From positions 124,001 through 188,000 of the forward strand of contig NW_019029003.1 of assembly GCF_002105155.1 (NCBI RefSeq): DNA of 64,000 bases. Reading direction: 5' to 3'. The notes under the pieces are model-generated. The model did no database searches. It was not told where the DNA came from and was given only the letters and a program-made list of their open reading frames with translations. Positions 1 through 10,607 of this stretch are shown piece by piece; the stretch's first letter is position 1, and every line of letters starts with the position of its first letter. The stretch comes from Lobosporangium transversale. Lineage: Eukaryota. A program made the position numbers and the translations under genes.

Positions 1-400
1 TATCTACCTCATTTTGAAAAATAAACGGGTATCCCGGTGAACATGCCCTCTCCCATCATCTCGCGATTTTTTATACTTCCCTCACCCTCCTCCTCCTCCT
101 TAACTCTGTTTCAGCTAATAATGTAAGCAAGATGAAACTGTTTATTGTTTTGGTCAGAGTATTGTAAAAACCTCTAAAAAAAAAATAGGTCTGAAAAAAA
201 ACCTCTCGAGAAAAAAAAAAAAAAAAAAAAAAAAAAAATAGAGTTTTCAAGGCTGTAAAACGTCTCGAACCAAATTTATCACGCGTTTTTTGTTTCCTCT
301 TTGAATTCTAGCGATATCATATTCTGAAAGTAGTGAATATAGTGTCATTTGCAGATGCCAAGAGCATAACCCTTTTTTTCAGTTTTTTTCTACTTCCTCT

Positions 401-2514
<2,114 letters not shown>

Positions 2515-3490
2515 GATGAATCGAAACGAGGTTAAAGTAGGAAGAAAGTAAAAAGAAAAGGAATAATATAAAAAATAAGAATTATTTGTAAAAAGATGAC
2601 AGACAGACAGAGATGGAGTGAAGAAAAAAAAAATGGAGAAAGTAGGTATTACTGCTTTCTGTTGCACTCTTCCAGGAAGGCAAAAAAATTGCATGCGTTG
2701 CGCTGGCATTAGGCACCTCATCTACTGAATGATATGCCTTTTAATAAGGTAACCTTGCCCATAGCAATAACAATAATAACAAAATATTTGTATTAATGAT
2801 GGTAGTATTGGTAGTAGTAAGGAACTGTACTTTACCAACTGTTCATAGTCCATAGTCCTTCTGGTTTTTATGGACGCGGAAGGAGGAAACAAAAAAAAAA
2901 AAAAGAAATATGCCCTTATCGACTTTGAAAATAAATGATGGTTCCTTCAAGGAATCTCAATAAGGCCTACATAAATCTAGCTCAACTTGAAATAAAAAAC
3001 CATAAAAATCATAATAAAAACCGTTAGTTGGAAAAAAGAAAGAGATGAGAAAGGACGAACCGGGCTGGATCCAGAGTCGACATTTGTAGAGCCCGAAGTG
3101 GAAGGATCAAATCTTTTCTCAGGTCAGAGAGATTTTTAACGGTTCGTCATTCGCTTTTGGGAGGGCATTGCATTGTTCCGCTTCCTACTTCCTGAAAACA
3201 GCTCTTCCCTTCATGTACGAATGACGCTTTGGCCACGCACAAAAACCGTATTTTGTGCCTTTTTGCAGACAGGGGGACCAAACACCTTCTAACCGTTACA
3301 TTACAAGAGACTAGGCTAATTTTTTTTACGGCATTTAGGATCCGGTTTCAAAAAGACGATTTTACACTGATTAAAATTCTTTCACACTTTCTTCTCGTTA
3401 TTTCTTTTCTTTATCATTCCTCTTCCAATTCCCCAATCCTTTAGTCTGTTCTATCGCTCTTTTGTTCCTCCATTCTTCTCTCATACAAAA

Positions 3491-5135
3491 ATGCTCTGCT
3501 CGTCTAGACACGCCCTCATCAGGGCCACCCCTGCCATAACCAAGTCAAACCTCGCTCCACTGGTATGCGCATCTGCACAGCAAACTTGATCGTCTCTAAA
3601 ACACTACCTACCATTCCGTCACCACAATCACACATTGGCGATCACAAACGATCATTTTTCGAAACAAGAGTACTTATGCCGTCAGTATACATTCTAAAAT
3701 ATATCCTTGATAGGTAGCAACTCGGTCATTTGCTTCAGCTTCTAACGATAAGGTAGCAATTAAGCTTCCAAAGGATTCCTTCAAGACTTTCAAATGTGAA
3801 GCGCCGTCATTGGAGGTTGATATCAAAAAGAATGATCTTCTCGACATGTACAAAAGCATGGTGATCATGCGTCGAATGGAGACGACTGCAGATGGCCTCT
3901 ACAAAGCAGGTCTTATCCGAGGGTTCTGCCATTTGTGTACCGGTCAGGTATGGCTTTTTTTCTTTTTCCCGCAGATTAAGAGGAGGTTTCGTGTTCCGGT
4001 CGCACTAGTAAAATTTATGATAGTTCGACATCATTATGATTTTCGAGATTATATCATCTTTGCAAGAATTTGATCTATTTGCTTTACCTGTTTCTCACCA
4101 ACAATGCTCGATGCATGAAAAAATCTTTTTTAGGAGGCTGTAGGTGTAGGAATGGAGAGTGCATTGACAGATGAAGATAAGGTCATCACGGCCTATCGCG
4201 CCCATGGATTCACTTATATGCGGGGGGGCACCATCCACTCTATCCTGGCAGAGCTACTGGGTCGTGGAACTGGGATCTCCAAGGGCAAAGGCGGATCGAT
4301 GCACATGTTCACGCCCAGGTTCTTTGGAGGCAACGGTATTGTAGGAGCACAAGTGCCTCTCGGTACCGGCATTGCATTCGCTCAAAAGTATCTCAATCGT
4401 AAAGCTGCTACCTTTACGTTCTATGGTGATGGGGCAGCCAATCAAGGCCAAGTCTTCGAATCGTTCAATATGGCCAAACTATGGGATCTCCCTTGTGTCT
4501 TTGTATGCGAAAACAACCAATATGGTATGGGCACCTCTGCTGATCGATCATCTGCGAGTACAGAATATTACAAGCGTGCTGAATACATTCCCGGAATCAA
4601 AGTATATATATATATATATATAAAAAAAAAAAAAAGACGCTTTACATACATTGCCTTGGCTGTGTCAAAAAAGAAAAAGAAAAAGAAAAATTGAGGCTAA
4701 AACTCTGCCGCCTTTCTTTAGGTCAATGGAATGGACATCATCGCTGTTCATCAGGCTATTGCACATGCACGAGAATGGACGCTCAGTGGAAAGGGACCAT
4801 TGGTACTTGAGATGGAGACTTATCGCTATGCTGGTCACTCTATGTCAGACCCAGGGACATCGTACAGGAACCGTGACGAAATCCAAAAGATGCGAGCAGA
4901 TCATGATGCAATTACGGGCTTAAAGGATCGACTATTGGAACACAAGCTTATCACAGAGGATGAAGTCAAGGCCTTGGATAAGGCTGCGCGTGCAGAGGTT
5001 GATAAGATCGCAGAGAAAGTCAAAGCTGATCCAGAACCAGACCTGAAGGAGTTTTGGGAAAATGTATACGTGAAGGGGACCGAGGTTCCTTTCTTACGTG
5101 GACGAGAACCGGACGTGATTCACCGTTACAAGTAG
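3491..5135 (+). CDS. PDA1: Pyruvate dehydrogenase E1 alpha subunit, mitochondrial (4 exons, ~395 aa)
   Basis: Exons 3491-3562, 3714-3947, 4134-4601 and 4722-5135 with GT-AG introns. Motifs are IRGFCHL, GKGGSMH, the TPP-binding GDGAANQGQ...[10 protein letters not shown] and the phospho-loop [12 protein letters not shown]. The N-terminus is Arg/Ser-rich and presequence-like. Confidence 0.97.
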
Positions 5136-5321
5136 TGGTTTTACATGTGTAAAAAAAAAAAAAAAAAAAAAAGGGAATGCATACAATAAATGATCAATTT
5201 TTATTATTGACGGGAGCTTTCGTCCTCAGTATTCCAAGACTCGTGCTGTAATTTGTTCATAAACATGTTTCTCTCACTTTTTATTAGCATTGTGCTCTAT
5301 AAATGGGTGACCCTGTTACTA

Positions 5322-7163
5322 TTTTTTTTTTTTTTTTTTTTTTTTGATAACAAGGACCCTCAGGGTCATGGGATTTATTTTCTACACTCTATGAACAAAA
5401 TGCTCCAGAAACTATAGTCAATAAACAGCTATTACTGCACAAACGACAAGAGCCGCTGTATCCATGATTTCATAAACCCTGACCGCCGTGGTTGGTACTC
5501 AAAGTCCACCTTTCCGACGTGGCCTGTTGCGCAACGCGACAAATTATCCGCTATCCATAGTCATCAAAAACTTCATTCCACCTAGCCGCTCCATCACGTC
5601 CAGTTTGGTTTTCCCAAGGTAACTGTCCCGGACTCGGTCATCCGCGATCTTGTAGATCTCTTTTACATTCAGCTTCTGTCTTTGTCTGAGGGAAGGGACA
5701 AGGAAATCATTGCTACTACGTCTGTGCTCCCCAACGCAGTTGCGTCCTCTAGCGCGTTTGCTCATAGCAGTGATTTCACGAGCCTTTTCCCATTCAACAG
5801 TGACTTTACACCGTTTGTTCCAGATTTCTGTACGACCGAATTCTTCTATGGCCTTGACGAAGCGCCCTGCCATATATGTAGCTATCCTTGTTGTTGTCTT
5901 GAAGCCAACTTTCCAACTCTGAGCAATGGACTTGGGCGTAAGTCCATGGTAAATGTCCTGCACAGACCAATCTGGTGTGTGCTCTATCTCTTCCTCCTCA
6001 CCATCGCCGTTCCTATCACCATGGCGTCGTACTTCTCGCACACCATCGATATGCATCTCCAGAGTTCCCCAAATGTAGTCCTCCTCTGCCGCAGTAAAAG
6101 TTGGCTCTTTTGTCCTTGGTGGGTCTACACCTCTCTCTCTGGCCCTTTGTGCTTGCCCCTGCACTGCTTTCAACTCTTTCCTCCATGTCCTCTTCCCTAT
6201 CACATTCATATTTTGGATTATCTCCTTCCACTTCTCGGCCTGAGTCTCCATCGTCCTTGGACATCTCCAGATATGCGATGTGTCTTCATCCTCTGTCCCA
6301 CACACTCTGCAGTTGCCGTCTTCATAAAGGTCTGGCCTCCAGTGTCTCATATATGACTGTGTAGGCAACATTCCATGGAGTTTCTTGATCCTGTGCGCTC
6401 GCTTTTGGCAGCCCGCTGGGCTGGTGAAGAGTCCTTTCGGTAGGTTGCTATCATGAACAATGTTCATAGTAGCTCGCCAATCAATTTTTGTCCAATCCTT
6501 AACATGCTCCTGTGTCCTGTTCTGAGCGATCCACGTGTGATGTGTACGAGTTGTTGACTGTAACTTAAGGATCTGCCTTAAGTCATCTTCCGCCGGTACA
6601 CCGTTGAACTTTGCATGGCAGTACATGTCATTATGCTCCGTTATGTTGATATCCCATAGCTCGCCATAATGTCCATATTTTGCTGCTTCGTCCGCTTCTT
6701 CGTTCCCTCTGTTGCCGGCATGTCCTTTGACCCACTCGACCGTGACTTCCGATCCTTGTTGAATAAATGTGTTGTGTATAGCTGCCCACCATACTGCATA
6801 CGGTGACCTAATACGTTGTCGCAACGTGCTATCCACTCTGCCTCGGACCAATGCTCGGAATTGAGTCACAACTGCGCTGTTATCAAGTCGGATTGTCATA
6901 GATCTGTTTCGTGGGCTGATAAGTATTCCTGCCAACAAACCAGCTAGCTCTGCCTTTGTCGAGGATGCGTTGCCTGCTACTCTACCAGATAGCGCAGTGT
7001 AAAAATCACCCTCTTGTGTCTGGACTACCACACCAAATGCCATACTTACTCTTTCAGTGCCAATATCTTTGAGAGATCCATCCGTATAAATGACATTACC
7101 TGGCTGGGTATTGTACCGTTCCCTTTGGCGTTGGATTTGCGCCTGAGCGGACCCCAGAGTCGA
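5322..7163 (-). mobile_element. 5'-truncated non-LTR retrotransposon (LINE): ORF2 C-terminal part with RNase H and CCHC zinc knuckle, 3' UTR and poly(A) tail
   Basis: The frame is open from 7163 to 5544 without introns. RNase H catalytic motifs are IYTDGS, SSTKAELAG, IRLDNS and WVKGHAGNRGNEEADEAAK, followed by CRVCGTEDEDTSHIWRC. A ~200-nt 3' UTR ends in GTTATC plus A24 (T24 at 5322-5345). RT and endonuclease domains are absent, and base composition shifts near 7163. Confidence 0.93.
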
Positions 7164-7278
7164 TTAAATATATCTTTTATATCATTTTTTCGAGTAAAAT
7201 TCTGCCTATTTTCTTCATTGAAAATACCTTGGAGTGTACTACATAATGTAGCAAAGATCTAGCATCAACATCATCATC

Positions 7279-7350
7279 TCCTAATTGGTCCAGTGGTCAG
7301 GATTCCTCGCTTTCACCGAGGCGGCCCGGGTTCGAACCCCGGATTGGGAA
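7279..7350 (+). tRNA. tRNA-Glu (anticodon TTC), intronless
   Basis: Acceptor stem TCCTAAT/ATTGGGA, D-arm TGGTCCAGTGGTCAGGAT, anticodon arm CCTCG-CTTTCAC-CGAGG and T-arm CCGGGTTCGAACCCCGG. Length is 72 nt, followed by TTTT. Confidence 0.97.
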
Positions 7351-7437
7351 CTTTTGGTTTAAAATCATGTCCTCAGAAGAGGAGTTTCTCCTTAGTGTTT
7401 TGTAACTTTGACAGAGCATGAAACTTTTTTTTTTTTT

Positions 7438-7922
7438 GGATTAATCTATTTGGCAGCCCATACCAAATATAGTAATTTTTGCCTCTATTTGGCAGCCTAC
7501 TTCTGGGGGCTGCCACTTAACTTCGCACTCTTGGGTGGCAGCTGGGCTGCCAAATACAGTACTTTTTTTTTTTTTTTTTTTTTTTGATAACGGTCATAGC
7601 ATCAGTGGTAAAACAGGCAGCGTTCTGTGGATACATTGCCTTGCACAGCTAATGCCGTCGGAGGTACTAAGGGCAGCGGCGATGACATCTTCACAAAACA
7701 GCCTTCAATGTACACGGTTAGGGAATGATTTATTGAAGACGTCTAGGTAGCAGGTGAGACGCGTTTGCTCCGAGCGAAAACCTCTCATAGGCATTGATCT
7801 CCAAATGGCACCTCCAAAACTGTATGAGCGACCTACTTGAAGACAATGTCACTACACATAACTATGACGTAGAAGACGGGAGCTTTATTAATTTGAAGTA
7901 TGAGCGTTATAAACATGTACGG

Positions 7923-7955
<33 letters not shown>

Positions 7956-8078
7956 AGTTAGAGGCCAAATAACGCTGGGTAGGCTGCCAAGTAAATAATG
8001 AATGTTATTTGGCAACTGGGCTGCCAAAGAGAGTCTTGAAAGTTGACTATATTTGGCAATGGGCTGCCAAATAGATTA

Positions 8079-8082
<4 letters not shown>
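7438..8082. mobile_element. Non-autonomous TIR DNA transposon (MITE) inserted in poly(T)
   Basis: Perfect 24-bp terminal inverted repeat GGATTAATCTATTTGGCAGCCCAT at 7438-7461 and 8059-8082, extending imperfectly to ~60 bp. Multiple subterminal TTTGGCAGCC/GGCTGCCA motifs. T13 on the left and T30 on the right. No transposase ORF. Confidence 0.9.
7563..7920 (-). mobile_element. Short poly(A)-tailed retroposed fragment (LINE 3' end or SINE-like) nested in the MITE
   Basis: T23 (7563-7585) is followed by GATAAC, the same terminal hexamer as the upstream LINE. About 335 nt of unique sequence interrupts the MITE repeats. GTAC at 7559-7562 and 7917-7920 may be a short target-site duplication. Confidence 0.6.
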
Positions 8083-8112
<30 letters not shown>

Positions 8113-8667
8113 CAGCTCACTTTGCAGTATGTCTTTACTTTTAGTACATTTAAGCAGTGATTAAGAATAAAAAGAAAAAGGAAAAAAAAAAGTTTTACCA
8201 TGGAACGGAGAGGTAAGCTACAAGTAAGGTATAATGAAGGGTGAGGAGGAAGGAAGGGTAACAAAAAAAACGACAACTGCTCCTTCAAATCAATTAAGAT
8301 CCATTCAGGTATTTCAGTACCAGTGCTTTGGTTTATTGACAAATAAAAAGGAGAAGGAGGGGTATGCTGACAAGATATCACGATGTTGATTCATGTTTGG
8401 ATATAATGCGATCATTAACAAAGGACCCAAAAGGTCGTCTCCGTAGACTGCATGAAAGAGCACCCAATCTTTCGGGATAATCAATGCATGCATGATGATT
8501 CCCGACTATGGTGGACAGGAATTGCTAAAAAACGACATTGAAAAAATCGAGGGAAAAAAAAAGAAACAAATTAGGTTGCAAACAAAAACATCGCGGAATT
8601 ATATTACCCAATTTGTCTATTTCCTTCAGGAACGCGTGAAAATCAACATATCAACGGTGTAGAAAGG

Positions 8668-8702
<35 letters not shown>

Positions 8703-8841
8703 TGGGAGACGAAAACAAAAAGAAACAAAGAGTTATCCCAACACCTCTCTGTTGAGTCGACAATTTTTTGTTACTACTTGCTAGACTTTATCCGTGTTGG
8801 ACAGAAAGCAGTTGATTATAACTTTAACTCTTTATCAAAAG

Positions 8842-8883
<42 letters not shown>

Positions 8884-9376
8884 CATGCATGACTTGCATC
8901 TCCGCTCCATTTGTGTGCACCATGGAACAAAATGATGATTGTATATATATATTTATCAAGTGTAACAAGTGTAACACGAAAAGATATATAGAGAGAGAGA
9001 GAGAGAGAGATAAAAAGAGCAGTTAATGGTAAAAAAAAAAAGTTGAAGACTTTCTTTCCCATTTCTCCCATCGTTACTTTCTCCCTATGCTACTCCACCT
9101 TGCCTCTGCCACCTCCCTCAACTCTTCCCGTTGGTCTTGGCCTTGGTCTTGGTCTTGGCCTTGTGTTTTTTTTTTTGTATTTTTTATTTTGTTATTTTGT
9201 TTTTTTTTCTGTTTCTGCGCTGGTAGGCGATAAGGAGCCACTGGGAAGGGGGAAGAATGAGCTGAGAAAAAACCATCAAATCATTAAATATGCATAGCGC
9301 GTCTGGAATTAATTTTCATAGCCTCGGACTTTGCAAGGATTTAACAATTAGTACAAAACCTAATTCGTCTTTTTTT

Positions 9377-9411
<35 letters not shown>

Positions 9412-9615
9412 CTTAAACAGGGTGCATTTACAAATTCACTCGCCGTCTTCATTCCTCATTCATTCTCTCCACTTTCTCCAGGGGGCTTACTCTACATCAT
9501 CATCAATCCTTTTACCACTTCAACTTCGTACTTATAATCAACCTTAAAACTCACAATTCACCAAAGAAAGAAAGAAAGCAAGAAAGAAAGAAAGAAAGAA
9601 AGAAAGAAAAAAAAA

Positions 9616-9712
9616 ATGTGTCAAAGAACGATTTGTCAGGACTGTGGCAAGTTTACTTGGACAGGTATATTCCCTTAATAAAAGCGAAATAGAGAGCAGA
9701 GGGAATGCCTTT

Positions 9713-9746
<34 letters not shown>

Positions 9747-10324
9747 CATCCAAGAACCAGGAATCACAACGTTCTTTTTACCCTTTGCCATTTGCCCTTT
9801 TTTCATTTGTTACGGGTGAACACAGGATCTGCTCTTAATATATATTTTTATATCTCTTTTTTCTTGCTTCTTACCATACACAACAATGAATAAATAATAA
9901 TAATAAAAATCTCTATCTTTTCAAAGGTTGCGGTCTCCATATCACAGAAGTACTAGCAGGCCTGTCCCTTGAACAGATCTGTTCCTGTGATGATGATCGT
10001 GATAGTGAGCATCCTTGGACCACTCTGGCAGATCAAACAACAACGGCTGTTACATCTTCGACTTCTTCTTCTTCCCAAGAAGCACGGACTGATCCTGTTG
10101 GTCATTGTCCTAATCCCTCTCCAATCGAATACCGGCTGTCCAAGATTTCAGCAGCAACTGCAGAGGTTGCTCCCAGTAGAATGGCTCAACAAGCTGCTGC
10201 ATTAGAGGAGCTACGCCGAATTAAACAAGAGAAAGAACGAGAACTCAAAGAGGCCAATGAAGGAGCACTTCAGAAACTTATACATGGCCTTTCTGATGTT
10301 AAAGAAGATGTCATTACTGACTGA
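9616..10324 (+). CDS. Small uncharacterised Cys/His-motif protein (2 exons, 148 aa)
   Basis: Exons 9616-9664 and 9927-10324 (GT-AG) give MCQRTICQDCGKFTWTGCGLHITEVLAGLSLEQICSC followed by a Ser/Thr linker and a charged helical tail. The MCx4Cx2CGKxTWxGCGxH...CxC pattern is restored exactly across the intron. Absent from the ORF track. Confidence 0.85.
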
Positions 10325-10607
10325 AGTAGGTCAGCTTAAAAACTCCATCATGCAGTTCCATAAGTTTATATATATGCTTTTTTCCTTTTTTTTTCTTTTC
10401 TCCCTGTTGGATCAACCTCGATTTCCTTTATAAATCTTTACTTCATTAATAATAGTAATAAATATAATCACCTAATGTACTTTACAAAAAAAAAAAAAAA
10501 AAAAAAAAAGTATATACATGGTATAGAATGTGGATATAAAAATATGAAGCACAGATGATAAAAACAAGCGGCGACGGTGGTTCATGACTCGGGAGAGGAG
10601 CTCTCTC

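Noticed and set aside
3563..3713. TPP riboswitch in a PDA1 intron (AAACTTGATC)
   Set aside because: The CTGAGA and GATAATxCC...GCG elements and the P1-P5 pairing are missing.
5682..6364. Plus-strand ORFs of 224, 70 and 87 aa
   Set aside because: Antisense shadows of the retrotransposon ORF with no recognisable motifs.
5209..7920. Short matches GACGGGAGCTTT (5209 and 7875) and ATAAACATGT as a large target-site duplication
   Set aside because: The matches do not sit at element boundaries and the sequence between them differs, so they are probably chance.
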